A DNA stretch of 64,000 nucleotides, taken from contig JAPMXV010000022.1 in assembly GCA_026936335.1 (NCBI GenBank), positions 169,290-233,289 on the forward strand, written 5' to 3'. The notes under the pieces are model-generated. The model was not told the DNA's origin, searched no databases, and saw only the letters and a program-made list of their open reading frames with translations. Positions 1 through 13,117 of the stretch are shown one piece after another. Source of the DNA: Mantamonas sphyraenae STR306. Taxonomy: Eukaryota > Protista > CRuMs. Position numbers and translations under genes: made by a program. Every line of letters begins with the position of its first letter. Position 1 is the stretch's first letter.

Positions 1-1619
1 ACGGTGCGTGAGCAGGACGAGTGTACAGCACAGTGCGAGTTTCACAGCCTCACGGGCCAAGTGGCACGAGTGTACAATCAAAAGGCCACAACATCAACGT
101 GAGTGGTGCGGAGGGGTGTGGGGTGTGGGGGAGTGTACAGGTAGAGTGGAGGGAATGTTGATGGTGCCGATGCTGACGCCCACTGTCCGAGTGGTGTTAC
201 AGGATGCAGAACTACCTGAGATGTGGCGGAGGCATATGGTGCAAGCATGGCGACTGGGAGATGACCACGTATGAGTTCAAGGGTACCAAGCCGGACACGG
301 AAACGGGCGTGGATGTCCATGGAGTGAACATCCCCTTGGCGTTGATTGAGGGCAAGAAGAAGCACGGTGGTGATCAACATATGGATTTAGTGCTTGCGGA
401 AGGGATTACAAGCATCCTGTATGTGCAGGCGATGCTTGACTGGACGGATGAGGAGAAGGAGCCACCGAAGATCCCATTGCTGCTGCGGTGTTTCTCGGGA
501 CCCCAGGTCGTGGTGGGTGTGATGTGGTACACACTGGGCAAGCCCGGCCAAGGAGCAGAGTCGTTGTGGATGACAAACGCAGTGGACGTGAGCAAGGACT
601 CGCGAGACGCACGCGCGTTGCTTCTGGTCGAGGAGGTGCTCTTCCAGCACATGAACGACGTTTTGGAGACACTGGAGAGCAAGACCAAGAGGAGGAGACA
701 GTGTGTGCGAGCTCTACACTCGCTGGTGGGCTCTGGGCGTCGGACGATCCCGCGGTCAGGTGTTTACACCGTAAAGGGCCGCTCACTGTTGCCACCACCA
801 CCAAAGAGAGGGAGCGGGGGCGGAGGCAGCATGGGAAGCCAGGGAAGCTCGGATGGAGGTGACAGCCAGGACAGCGGGTGGAGTGAGGAGATGTCGGCTC
901 TTTACAACGAGATGTCGAGGGAAGGTGCGCGTGTTCTGGGTCAAGCGGGGGTGGAGACGGGTCCGCCGTTGCTGTATGGCGACTTGGGGCTGTCGCGAGG
1001 GCAAGGCAGATTTGAAGAACGGCCGGTTTTCTGGAAAGTGATGATGAAAGAGAGCGCGGAGTTTGTGGCCAACGAGGAACTGATGGAGAGCAAGGAGCGG
1101 TGGGGTCTGTGCCCTGTGGTTGTGAAGAGTGGAAGGGTGGTGGGTGGAAGGGCTGTGGGTGCTGTGGCACTGCCGTTGTGTCACGTGCTGGAGAATGGAC
1201 TGCCTGAAGGGGTGACGCTGCACAGGGTGATGGAGGAGGTGAAGATGTGTGTGGATGCACTGCATGGAGCTGGAAAGTGGCACATGGACATCAAACCGGG
1301 GAACATGGTGTGGTTTGAAGGAGGAGTACGGCTGGTGGACCTGGAGAACATTGGGGTGGAATTGCAGGATGCGGGTGTGTCGCTGCGGATGACGGAGGAG
1401 TACACGGCACCGGAAGTGTTTGGAGAGAACGGGATGGTGCTGGACAAGACAGGGTTGCAGCAGGCGGATCTGTGGAGCACGGGGGCTGTGGTGAGGGATT
1501 TGGCAAGGATGGCACGTGACGCAGGAGTGTGCGATGTGGAGGAGGAGGTGGTGGAGCGGGTGGTGAGGGCACTGCAGGCGGAGGAGCCTGGGGAGCGTGG
1601 ATGGTTGGATGGGTGGTGA
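1..1619 (+). CDS. Ser/Thr-type protein kinase with upstream REase-like region, copy 1 (5' part lies outside the window); intron 99..202
   Basis: Kinase motifs VFWK, HMDIKPGN, DLE (DFG position), YTAPE and ADLWSTG. GTGAGT donor at 99, GCTGAC branch point and TACAG acceptor at 202 join ...KATTST to MQNYLRC in frame. Near-identical to the copies at 16302-18786 and 19893-22397. Confidence 0.85.
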
Positions 1620-1896
1620 GAAGGTGAGTTGGGGAAGAAGCGAGGTAGGCATGTTGATTGGAATTCGATGTTGCCCGATCCCATTTTTTGGTGAGGTTCG
1701 GTCTGTTGGTGGCGTTGTGCATGGGAGGTCGCACAGCACACCTCCAGAATTCTACCGCTTGCGCAGGCTGCGTTCCAGCGCTCGCATCCCTTCGCTCTTG
1801 AACCTGCTGCTGCTGCTACTGCTACTGCTGTACACGTGACCCCTCCCCCCTCCCAATTTCTTTGCTCGTCGTTGTGCTCGGCGCACTTCGGGATCC
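1..1896. repeat. Inverted segmental duplication: 1-1896 matches the reverse complement of ~19608-21482 (and in part 16271-17900)
   Basis: The kinase gene, its 3' flank and the Elongin-A-like C-terminus (AQRRAKKLGGGRGHVYSSS..RFKSEGMRALERSLRKR) recur in opposite orientation. Confidence 0.92.
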
Positions 1897-2357
1897 ATGG
1901 CGAGCATCCGTGCGCTGGGTGTGATGACCTCGCTTTGGCGCAGCTTCTGCTCCGCCGCAGATGCCTCGTAGGCACTACGAACGGCCGCACGCACGGCCTC
2001 TTTCTTATCAATCTCCTTTTTCAATGCCTTCTGGAGCACCCTGAGCCAGTTGGTGTCTTGCAGCGCCGCGTGCCGCCGATACTCCAGAGGAAAGTCCTTT
2101 TCGACACAAGCCTGGCACACGCGCATGACTTCGTGCTTGTCCAGCCTCACCTTGCTTTCCTTTACTGCGTCAATGATCCGTTCGGGCTTGAGTTTGGCCA
2201 GCACCTTGCCAAACGCAGCCGGAGGCAAGGGCACCGTCGTCACCAACGCGTACGCCGTCCCTGCGTCCAGGTGAAGCATCAGCGTGCGTAACGACAGGTC
2301 AAACAGCGACCGTAGCTTCACTTGCGCCTTGTGACGCGATCCCAGGAGCATGGACAT
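1752..2357 (-). CDS. Elongin-A-like protein (BC-box plus Elongin A domain)
   Basis: N-terminal SLFDLSLRTLMLHLD resembles a BC-box. It is followed by ...CVEKDFP...NWLRVL...VRSAYE...RQSEVI, matching the Elongin A domain layout. Recognised by eye only. Confidence 0.6.
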   Translation of the reverse strand: MSMLLGSRHKAQVKLRSLFDLSLRTLMLHLDAGTAYALVTTVPLPPAAFGKVLAKLKPERIIDAVKESKVRLDKHEVMRVCQACVEKDFPLEYRRHAALQDTNWLRVLQKALKKEIDKKEAVRAAVRSAYEASAAEQKLRQSEVITPSARMLAMDPEVRRAQRRAKKLGGGRGHVYSSSSSSSSRFKSEGMRALERSLRKR

Positions 2358-2634
2358 CTCCTTGACCACACTAAGGAGCACACACGCTCAACACTTTTCG
2401 TCTGAATTGTGCCCGTCTGCGCGACCATCATTCACCCACGAAGGAGCAATGGACGTGCAACTGCAACTCCATGCCCGCCACACACACAATGTATGGGCTG
2501 TGTGGGGTGTGCACGAGGTGGGATGCAACACAAACTCGGGACGTCGACACACATCACACATGCCAAGGGGAAAGGACAAACACAAGGTTGATCCGAGGAT
2601 GGGCACGTCGTCCCATTCGCCGTTTGCCCTGCAC

Positions 2635-3801
2635 ATGCACGGCAGCGGGTTGGATGACGACGCGGCCTGGTTGCGAGACCATGCCTCTCTCGCCGACCCG
2701 CTTGTGGTCCAGAGCCTGCTGGAGGAACGTGAGAGCTCCTCCTCTTCCTCTTCCTCTTCCTCTTCCTCTTCCTCTTCCTCCTCCACGTCTCCTACACACA
2801 TCGCCACTGAGGAGGTCGTTGAAGACATTTGCCGTGTCTGCCACGAGGGCGTACGTGTTCGCCGCGCCCCAGGTTCCCCTTGCTCCCCACTCCGTTTCTC
2901 CTTACTCACACGTCTCACCCTCCACTCCCTCATTCCACGTCCAAATCATCTCTTTCCTCCCATCACTCACCGTCCCATGATCCCATGCAGCGCAACGCCG
3001 GCGAGTTGTTTCATCCTGTGTGTTTCCCACTTCTCCTTCCCCCACCCCCCGACGGCGGCCCGTCCCTCCCCCACACACTCTCTGACACGTCCACACCCGT
3101 CCACCCGTACTCGCTCGTTTCATTGTTGCAGTGCAATTGCAGCGGATCCATCAAATACGTCCACGCAGAGTGTCTGTCGTCGTGGCTTGAGCACAGCCGC
3201 AAACAGCCTCGCTGCGACATCTGCAACCGCGACTTTACCTTTCAAGACGTGTATGCAGACGGTGCGCCACAGCGCCTTCCCTGGGCCGAAGTGTTTGCCG
3301 GTGGCGTGCAGCGTGTGGGCTCTGCTGTGAGCACCCTGTTCAAGAGCATGGTCGTCTATGTGCTTTGGTTTGTGGCCATGCCCTACGCCACCGCCCTCTC
3401 TGCCCGTCTCTGCCTCCTTCAGTCGCACCAGGACATGTGGACGTTTGTCTTTCACAAGGGCAATTGGCACCTGATTGTCCTCGATCTGTTTCTCGGTTTC
3501 AACGTCTGCCTGGGCTTCATCGCCTGCGTTTGGGGGCTCTCTTCCCTCATCGAGTACCTTCACACACACGCCCAGATGCTTGCTATCCACGCAGAGGCCG
3601 GTTTGCCCCAGGAACTCGTGGCCGAGGAACTCATCCTTGACGGCACAGAGCCCCCCCCACGCGACGTTCAGGAATTGCTCGACGCCATCGCTCACCCACA
3701 CAACGACCCGCTCTTCTTCCTCCTCAACGACCACCCGCACGCAAACAACAACAACGCTGCGGCAGACGTCGATGCCCACGTTGGTCCTGCACACCCCAAT
3801 C

Positions 3802-3833
<32 letters not shown>

Positions 3834-6107
3834 CACGATGGCAACCAGCCAGCACAGGCAGTTGGAGCAAACGGCGGAGGAGATCAGGAATTGCCGCACC
3901 CGCCTCTTCAAGGCGACGGCGAGGAAGACGTGCGCGCCGCAGGCGGACAAGAGGTGCAACGGCCACAGGCACAGGTGGCTGAGGAGCGTGGTGCAAGACG
4001 ACAAAGGCGACCAGACAGGCCAAACAACTTGCGCGGGATCCTGGAGCTGGAGGGGCCCGTCAGCGAAACGGTGTTGAACATACTTGGGTTTTGGTTTGCC
4101 GAGTCGCTGGTGCTTGTGTTTGCCCTGCTGCTTCCGTTTACGCTTGGGCGCATCCTGCAGTTCCTGTTGGACGTGTACATGCCTCTGTCTCCCAGCGTGG
4201 CCATTGGCACCGCCCCTGTGCGTCTGCGCGACCACCCTGCACACCTGTTGTGGCTTGCTGGCTCCGTGCTCCTCTTTCTCCTGATTTCCCTCTGGCTCAG
4301 CGCACACCGCGCTCTGCGCACACGTTATGGATGGGCGGTGGACCACACCCAGCAAGCTGGTAGGCTATTGCGATTCACATACACTCTCCTGTACGTGCGC
4401 ATTTTCATCAAGGCAGGCGTGGTGTTTGCCACCTCGCTGGTGCTGATCCCCTTGGCTGTGGGCTATGCCGTCACTCGCCTTGGGGCAGACCTGTTTCTCA
4501 AGGGCGGTTACTACGGCATGGATCCAATTGTCTGGGACGCACCCGTCATCCTGGGCTTCCTGCAATGGGGCATGGGGTTTGTCTTTTTGTTCAGTTTTGT
4601 GCAGGTCATGCAGACGCTGCGTGCCATGCTGCGCAAGCCCGTGATGTGGTTTGTGCGCGATCCGGACGCCGGTGACAACATTGTGCGCGAGGCCCTCATG
4701 CTTCCCTTTACACGCCACCTGCGTCGCATTCTGTTTATGGCAGCGGCCTACACAGTGTCACTTGCCCTGACTCTGCACTACCCGATTGCTCTTTGGCGTG
4801 TTGCGCTGCCCGGGTTGATCCCCTTGCGCTTTCACAGCACCGCCCCGATGGACTTTATCCTGTGGGACCAGGTCACGCTGCAGCTCACCTACCACGTCGT
4901 TTCCTACTGTCTCCGTGGCATCAGTCTTTACAATGTCATCTACGCCTGGATGGACGCCATGGGAGAGACTCTGCGTTTGCGTTCCTTCCTGTTTGGCGGC
5001 CATCTGCACAACGAGGAGTACGAGGACGAAGACCAACGCGAGCTGGAGGATGACAGCAGGAACGACGAATCACGGGAAGATGCAGCCGATCTGCTGGGTG
5101 TGGGTGTGGGTGTGGGTGTGGGTGCAGCTGCTGCAGAGGAGGAGCAGGAGGTGGATCCGGCGACGATTGACCCCACCCATGGAGACACGATTGTGATGGC
5201 AGAGGACGGGTGGGTGCGTTACCCCAACCTTTTTGTGCCGCGTGTGCTCCTCCTGCTTGTTGCCATGTATGTGACGTGGCTGACTGTGCAGAGTGTAGTG
5301 GTGATTGGCAGCGTGTTGCTGGGCCGCGGGGTGTTGGCCTACGTGCGTGACTCGTCGTACGATCTACAGGCTTTCCAGGTGGGCTTCGCCCTGCAGTGTC
5401 TCGTGTACAAACTTCTGCAGGTGTTGTGGCCACGGGCCAACGAGAACCCGGACGGAACGGGTCGGGTTTCAACGTCGCACTCACTGGCAGCCTCTGCGTG
5501 GGAATGGTGCACACGGGTCGTGCGTGAACTGACCCAATGGGTAGTTTTGGGAACCAAGTGGCTGGCGGTGGTGACTGTGTTCTACGGCATCCTGGCACCC
5601 ACCCTCGGTGCGCTGATGTTGCTCGTGCAAGCTCCATTGCACTATCCCATCACAGAAACAGCCACACCCACAACCATGATGACACTTCGTTCCATCTGGT
5701 TCTTGGGCATCGTGGGTGTCCACATCTGGCTTCGCTGTACGCAGCTGTGGGCGAGGATGCCATTCCACCAACAAGTTGTTCGTGCTGCGCGCCACGACGC
5801 TCTGGACAATCCCAACCTGTACATACTGCTGGGCCAGGTGCTCCTTCCCGTCACTGCTGCGGCTCTGTTTTACCTCTGTGTGCCAATGGTGCTGGCGCAC
5901 GTGGTACTGCCCGCTCTCGGAGCGTCACTGCTTCTGTGCGAGGCCGTGTACCGCTACGCATACGCCCTGGTGTTTGTCCTGGCTGCAACGGTGCTATTAA
6001 CCACCACTCTCATGCGTCAGTGGGCGTGGCTCCACGACGCCGTACGCGACGACAAGTACCTCAGCGGCAGGGCGCTCGTCAACCGTGTCGCAGCGCCGGG
6101 GAGGTAA
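2635..6107 (+). CDS. MARCH6: RING-CH E3 ubiquitin ligase, MARCH6/Doa10 family; exons 2635-2850, 2991-3017, 3132-6107
   Basis: The spliced RING-CH reads DICRVCHEG|RNAGELFHP|CNCSGSIKYVHAECLSSWL...CDICN. Many TM segments follow, with WFVRDPD and the C-terminal VRDDKYLSGRALVN typical of Doa10/MARCH6. Confidence 0.92.
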
Positions 6108-6241
6108 GAGGTGTGTGCCAACGTGTGTGACATCACATGTGTGATGTTGGATGTGTGAGTGTGAGTGTGGGAATTGATGAACGAATGGGTTGAGCTGCAC
6201 ACGATGATGAACAAGCTTGGTGGATGTGTCTCTGTGGCGTT

Positions 6242-7318
6242 TCATTTGGTGTAGCAGTAGTATGTGTCGAGGTTGCCGACCATATCGGTGAGGTTGTGCA
6301 GAAGGGTGCCGACAATGGGCAAGGCAGAGCCGAGGTCGAGCAATGCCTTTGCCGGTCTGCTGGTGGCATTGTGCATGGGTGGCCGCACGAGGTAAAACAA
6401 CCAAAAGAACATGCGCAGACGTAGTTCCTGGGTCTCTTCGTCGGACAGGTGGTCACCGGTGCCCGTGCACAGGCGGCTGCCAACGTCGAGTACCAACGAC
6501 GTGACCCATGGCGTCCATGCGTTCTTGCGACATACAGCCACGGCGGTCAGATGGACCAAAGGGCGCAGTATGTACAGGACTTCACCCAGCACCTGCGTCT
6601 GCCTGGTCTGGTTGGTCAGGAACCGCTGAGAAAGTTCGAGCAAACCCGACCGTGCCTCCGTCTTTGCTTTCTGCGCCTCCTGCATGCGTGCTTGCATGCG
6701 AGAGCCCACCATGGGTTGCACATCGCCCATCTTCGAAGCCACCGACGCGTTCACATTGGCCATGGCAGCCTCCATGTCCTCCATCTGCTGCTGTTTGCGG
6801 GAACGCTCGTGCTCCGCAGCGCCGAGTCGTCGCAGGGGCGGATACGTGGCGTGCATGAAAAGGGTGGGTCGCATGGTGGATGCCACCTGCTGCTTGCTCT
6901 GCTGCTGTTCCCGGTGCGACAGCAGGAGCAACTTGAGCGAGACCTGAGCGGCCTCGGTGAGGATGGCCACCAGGAGTTGGAGCGAGGGGCCGCCGAGGCG
7001 ACGGGCGAGCAGTTCCAGAAGCAGCTCGGAGTTGGTCAGCGCCGTGAGGGCGGTACGGTATTCCCACTGCTCATGGTACTGTTCCGGAATGGCAATGCCT
7101 CGTTCGCGTGCCTGGAGGGGATTGAGCAGAAAGACGAGATCGTGAGCCTGTCCCAACAGCGCCAGGGCGGTGTACACCGCCTCTGTGGCGAGCTGGGACT
7201 CGCGAAAGCGGCCGGGCACAAACATAATCACCTGACGCAGCAGGGCCTCTGCGTTTGCCACCTTGTCGGCGTTGTCCAGCACCCACTGGCTGTACGAGTC
7301 GCTGGAACGGGTGCTCAT
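6242..7318 (-). CDS. PEX16: Peroxisomal membrane biogenesis protein PEX16
   Basis: YSQWVLDNADKVANAEALLRQ..FVPGRF..SQLATEAVYTAL..HD, then GEVLYILRPLVH, and ELRLR..WLFYLVRPP near the C-terminus. Confidence 0.9.
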   Translation of the reverse strand: MSTRSSDSYSQWVLDNADKVANAEALLRQVIMFVPGRFRESQLATEAVYTALALLGQAHDLVFLLNPLQARERGIAIPEQYHEQWEYRTALTALTNSELLLELLARRLGGPSLQLLVAILTEAAQVSLKLLLLSHREQQQSKQQVASTMRPTLFMHATYPPLRRLGAAEHERSRKQQQMEDMEAAMANVNASVASKMGDVQPMVGSRMQARMQEAQKAKTEARSGLLELSQRFLTNQTRQTQVLGEVLYILRPLVHLTAVAVCRKNAWTPWVTSLVLDVGSRLCTGTGDHLSDEETQELRLRMFFWLFYLVRPPMHNATSRPAKALLDLGSALPIVGTLLHNLTDMVGNLDTYYCYTK

Positions 7319-7398
7319 CGTGGTGGCGGCCTCGACGCGGCTGCAACCACAGCAAACAAGGCGGCGGTGGTTCTCTGGGGTTGTAGTATCGTGTGGTG

Positions 7399-9136
7399 AT
7401 GAAGCTACCCAAATCGGCCAAGTTGAAAAAGGGCCAAAAGGTAAAGGTGGAGGTGCAGGACGAGGAGGGACGCAAGGTGAGCGATGAGGCGCTGGCGGAG
7501 TTGATCACACGCGTCGGTGGACAGGGCAAGTGGGACGAGTTGACCAAAAAGATGCATCGGGTGCATGTGCTGGACCGACGCACCGAAGTAAATGACCGTG
7601 CCAAGCTGGTGGGCCAGATGCTGGCACTGGACGAGGACGGCGAAGGAGTGGAAGGCGGAGGCAGAGGCGACGGCAACAACAGCCGTCCAACACGCAACCA
7701 GATGCGAATGACAAAGAAAAAGGTTGGTGCAGGTGGCAAAGAGGATACGCGGAGTGGGTTGCAACGAGCGGTGGACAAGTATAACAAGAAGATTGGCCAG
7801 GTGTACCACAACAGGGAGGCGCTTGCAAAACTGCTGGCCACTCACCGACTGCGCTGGACCATGCCTCCGCCACCCATGGATTACGGCGAGCTGGTGTCCA
7901 TGAAGCGACCCGCCCAAATGGCCCTGGTGGCACAGAAACGATTTCATCCGGGGCCCATGCCGCCCCTGGTGGTGGCCGACGGCTTGGGCAGCGGAGGCGA
8001 GAGCAGCAGCAGCACGAATGCGGCCACCAAGGACGGCGACGACGCGCAAGGGAGGGAACAGGAGGGAGAAGACAGCGCAATGGGTGCATACAAGGCCAAG
8101 GGGCACGAGGGGCAGAAGGAAGAGGAGCAACAGGGTGTGAATGCAACGCAGGGGCCAGAGGAAGAATCAAGGAGGCAGCGGGAGGCGGAAGTTCAGCGCC
8201 AAACGCAAGAGGCACTGCGTGCCGCTCAGGAGAGGCTACTGCAGAAGTGGCAGAGTGGTGGGACGAGTGCCGGTATGACTGCTGCTGGTAGTGTGCCGAC
8301 GGTGCATGACATGGACATGTCTGTGCCATGGTCGGGGTATGGGATGGGGATGGGCGCGGGCGGATTGTGGCCTGCCGCGATGTTGCATGGGATGCAACAT
8401 GGATCACCACAGCGGGTGGGTGCAGGGAGGACGAGTGGAGGGTTGTTCAAGGGTACCCTGGGTGGTGGTGGTGGTGGTGGTTTGATGCCCATGCCAAGCG
8501 AGGAGGAAATGGGACAGAGGCGGATGCGGCAGGCGCAGGAGCTTGCAACGGCCAAATCGCCAAGCAAGAGGAATCGGAACAGGGGTACAAACAAGGGTGG
8601 AGTACACGTGACAAGCACAGAGGGACAGGGTGAGATGGAGGTTGATGGGAACCGCGGCGGCGGAGGAGGAGACGATGGTGGGAACAACAACAGCAGCAAC
8701 ATGGCAGAGCATGCACAGCGCGTGGCAGACGAGTTTCTTGCCGAGCTGAATCGATTGACGGATGTGAGCAGTCGCATGCAGGAGAAGCTGGCACAAAGTG
8801 AACAGGAGGAGGGCCGTGTTGATGGAACTGAGGAAACCGGGGTGGTGGGGCTGAAGAGCCGCCGAGCAAGTGATCCGCGGTATGTGGTGACGCTTGACGA
8901 CGACAGTGAGAGCGAGAGCGAGAGTGAGAGCGACCCTGAAGAGGGAGAGGACGGGGAAACGGAACGACAGCGAAGAATGGCGGTGGCAGCGGCAGCGGCG
9001 GCGGCTCGGGCCAAGGCCAAACGGGAGGAGAAACGACGCATGGAAAAAAAGGCGTTGCTGGAGATGCAACGGACACTGGAGGCGACCATCCGCGTTCAGA
9101 AGGAGAAGCTGCAAAAGACAACAACAACGGGCAGCG

Positions 9137-9173
<37 letters not shown>

Positions 9174-12100
9174 CCGCCACAGGGAGAAGCGTAAGATGGA
9201 TGATGCGATGAAAGAGGAGGTTGGAATTAACGACGGAAGGGACAGGGGACACAAATGAGAGTGAAAGGGGACGGGCTGTGGATGGCATGGCGGGCGTCGA
9301 GGGAACAGCGGAACAGCGCAACAGCAGCAACAGCAGCAGCAGCAGCAGCCCGCACACAAACGACAGCGTGTGGGACGTGTCGTGGCAGAGAACAAACCCG
9401 GGTCGAAACAGGCGGCGCGAGAACAGGCGAACAAGGGTGGGTCGAGCAAAACGCTGGGCATCGGGGCAGCAAACCGGCAGTTTCTGCGTGCGTGGACGCA
9501 GCTGCAGGAAAAGGTGGCGGACAACGCACGCACACAACGGCTGGTCAAGCAAAAGATGGAAAAGCTGGCCAGGGAACAGGAAAAGATGCAGGAGATGCTC
9601 ATGCGTGCGAAGGAGGAGGAGAAGAAGCTGATGCGAGCCATGATCCATCTCAAACGGCCGACTGTGGGGCGAGACGAAGGTGCAAGGACAACGGCTGACA
9701 ACACAGCATCACACCAACATACACCGGAGTCACATATGCATGTGGAGGACAGTGTGTCTGGAGCAGCAGGGTCTGGAACAGGTTCAGTGATGGATGTGGA
9801 GGAAGGAGGAAGACAAGATGGGGCTGGGGGTGGCGTACGTGGACACCGTGGAAGGCACAGACTGGAAGAGGTGGTTGGAGCCCATCAGCAGGTGTTGCTG
9901 CAGTTCCGCTCGTACCGTCTGAGCCCGCTGTTTGTTGAGCGCTGGGGCTGTGGGTTTGAGGAGGAGCGATTCAGCAGCAAGATCGACATCATGAGACCGC
10001 TGTGTCCGTATGAGCTAGCAGGGGTGTGCAACGATCGTGCGTGTGGCTATCAACACGCGGCAGACATGCGCATGAGCACAGCGGAGGTGGTGCGCGATCT
10101 GGTGGACTACGTGCCTGCGGAGCAGCGCGATGCCCTTCTTGCCCAACTGGGTGGTGCCACCAAGGTGTCGCCGGCCACAGCTGCTCGGCACGTGGCATCG
10201 ATCCTGTCGCCGCATGGCATGCAGCACGTGAACTGGGCCAAGTGCAAGGACAAGGCGTATGCATACGGCATGCAGGGAGCGGCGGCGGCAGCAGCGGCAG
10301 CGGCAAAGGACAATGTCAATAGCACGCGTGTGGTGTCACTGCGAGGTGACATTGAACGGCGGCACCTGCATGAGCAGGAGCAGGAGCAGAGTAGGACGGG
10401 AGGCCCCGTACGCCTGAGTGTGGCACCTGTGGCTCGTGCGCTGGAGACGTTGGATTCAATGGAGGGAGACGGCACGGTGGGTGCTGGTGTTGGTGCTGGT
10501 GTTGGTGCTGGTGCTGGTGCAGCTCCATGGGGCGAGGACGCGTTTGTGCTGTTGGATCGGGGATCGGAGAGTGTGAACGACGACGACAACGGCGGCAACA
10601 ACGACAACGCGGGTCATGGCAGCGGTGATGATGGTGATGCGTTGGATGAGACGCAGGAGCACATGCGATACTTTGATCTGGGCAAGAGTGTGCAGCAGTA
10701 CACGGAGGAACTGGAGGAGGAGCCGTACAACGTGGCATTGTGGTTGGAGTATGCAGCGCAGTATGTGGTGGCCACGGGGACGGGGCGACACGCAGAGGCC
10801 GGGTTTGTACGATCGGACGCACGTGCGGCACACGTGCTGAGCCTTGCGCTGGAAGCCAACCCGGAAAACGAATCATTGTGGCTGGTGTACCTACAGATGG
10901 TGAGCCGCATGGCCAGCACAGAGGTGCTGTTGGACGTGCTGCAGGATGCGTTGGACATGCTGCCTGTGTCGGTGGCGGTGTTGCAGTTGGCGGTGGATGT
11001 GGAGCCCAGCGTGGATGGCAAGCTGGCCCTGCTGCGCAAGCGACGTCACACTCACCAACTCCTCATCAACAATGCACCGGTTTACTGGGCATGGAGTGTG
11101 GCCATGGAAGCGTGGGTGGTGTGCATGCTGGCGGGTCAGGTGGACGATGCCATCGATGTGTTGCAGCAGGCGCTGGACGAGGCAGCGGACCAACTGCAGC
11201 TTGGACGCGCAGAAGAGCAGCAGCAGCAGCGACAACAGGCTCTTCAAGTGGAGGCAGCACAGCAGACAGCTTGGCTTTGGGCGACCATGGTGTGCGTTGT
11301 GGCGCACGGGACGATGCCACGGCAGCTGGTGCTGTACGAGGAGGAAACTCGGGGGCACGTCGACGTGGAGGTGGATTGGGACAGAGTGATGCAAAGGGGC
11401 GTGGGCGACGCAGTGATGTCGGTGTTGAACCAGGCCATGGGGTTGTTGCAGACGTGTGGCGTGTCACCCAACCACACGGTGCACCTGTGGTTGGCACACC
11501 AGCGTGTGATGTTGCGCATGCATCAGGGCCACATGGACAGTGCTGTGGCCCTGTGCAAGGAGCACGACGCACCGGAGGCTGCCCTGTGGCTGCACGAGGT
11601 CGCATGGCAGATGGGCCAGCACGAGATGGCCGAACAAGCGGTTCAGGCAGTGATTGATGCAAAGCAAGCACGCAAGGAATCGCCATGGAGATGGGTGTAT
11701 GCACACACACGGGCAGTGGTGGAGGCTCAGCGCCAGTCATCCGCTGTGGCCTCGTTGCTGATGGAAATGGACGCCGAGGGGAGGGACCATCTTCAGGACG
11801 AGAGGCAAACGTCGCAACGAGTGCAACAGATGAAAGCACAGTCATTGGAGCTGCAGAACGACGACGAGGGTGAGAAGGAGGATGATTCGGAGCTCGTGGC
11901 ACTGTTTGTAGCCACTGCCGGCTCGGAAATCCTACGCTGGTGTGGCAAGCCTGCGCATGCACGCAGCATGCGACGACTGAACACGGCCAGCAGCAACAGC
12001 AGCAGTGGGTATGGTACTTTGGGCGGCGATGGGAGTGAAGAAGGACGAGGAGGAGGAGGAGGAGGAACACGACGGAGTGTGAGGTTGCATCTGCAGTGGA

Positions 12101-13067
12101 CGCAACACTGCTTGTGTCATCTGTTGGGATTGCCATCGCGTGGTAGCACGCCCCAGTTGGATGCAGGGGTGTCGCGGTGCAACGATCCGGCGCTGTGGCA
12201 GCTGTATCTGCTGTTGGGCAGCCTCGTGGAGCGAAGGCGAGGCGCAGCAGACACACGACGACGCATGTTCCAGCAGGCCATGAGTGCAATGACGGTGTGG
12301 CCATTGGAAGAGGGCCTGTGGGTGCGTGAGGCCATGCGTGCAGTTTGGCGCGAGTATGTGGAGGCAGACGAGGACACAGAGCGTGCGTTGAATGCCTGCA
12401 TGACCCAAATGGGCCTGTGTAGCAACCAAAGCGCACGATCGCACGCATACCTGTGTGTGACGCGTGCACAAATGCAGGCAGAGGCTGCGTCGGTGCTAAT
12501 CATGGCCAATGCAGAGCGGGCGTGGGAGAGGCATGTGTTGTACCGCAACTGGGCTGTGCATCGCGAGTGGAGCGATGAGGTGCAGGCGGAATTGATGAGT
12601 CTGCACGTTCACAGGGTACTCCAACACAGGCAGCATCGTCTCATGCTCGATGCTCTTCAACACAACATCCACAACGTGCCTCTGGCCTTGGCGTGCGTCG
12701 AGCGCGAACTGCAGCAGGGTCAACCCCTTGCCGCTCGTCAAATGCTGTTTGTGGCGTTGCGCAACAATCCGCACACGGTGGAGCTGTGGTCGAGGTGGGT
12801 GTGACGTAGAGAGCGGGGAAGGGGGTGGGGTGGCACGCTGTGCATGTGTGTGGTGGTCGTGTGTGTGTGTTGTTGTGTGTGTGTGTGTGTGTGCCTGGAT
12901 GGCTGACACCAGATGTGCGTTCTTGTTGTGTGTTTCTGTGCAGTGCGTTGGATGCTGTGCATGAGGACCCTGAGCAGGTGAGGGTGTTGAAAGAAGCAGC
13001 CACTCGCGTGTTGCCTGAATTGGAGTGGGACGACGATGACGTGCGGGAGGTTGATGTGCATGCGTGA
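7399..13067 (+). CDS. ZFC3H1: ZFC3H1/Red1-like nuclear exosome adaptor (coiled coil, C3H1 zinc finger, HAT/TPR-like repeats)
   Basis: FRSYRLSP..FSSKIDIMRPLCPYELAGVCNDRACGYQH followed by HAT-like helices (VALWLEYA, LEANPENESLWLVYL). ORFs 7393-9258 and 9370-12804 are in the same frame, bridged by a probable intron starting GTAAG at 9191 (acceptor uncertain, ~9316). Last intron 12795..12943. Confidence 0.8.
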
Positions 13068-13117
13068 GTAAGAGGAGTGAGTGAGTGAGTGCTGTGACGG
13101 AGTGTGTGTGAGAAGGA

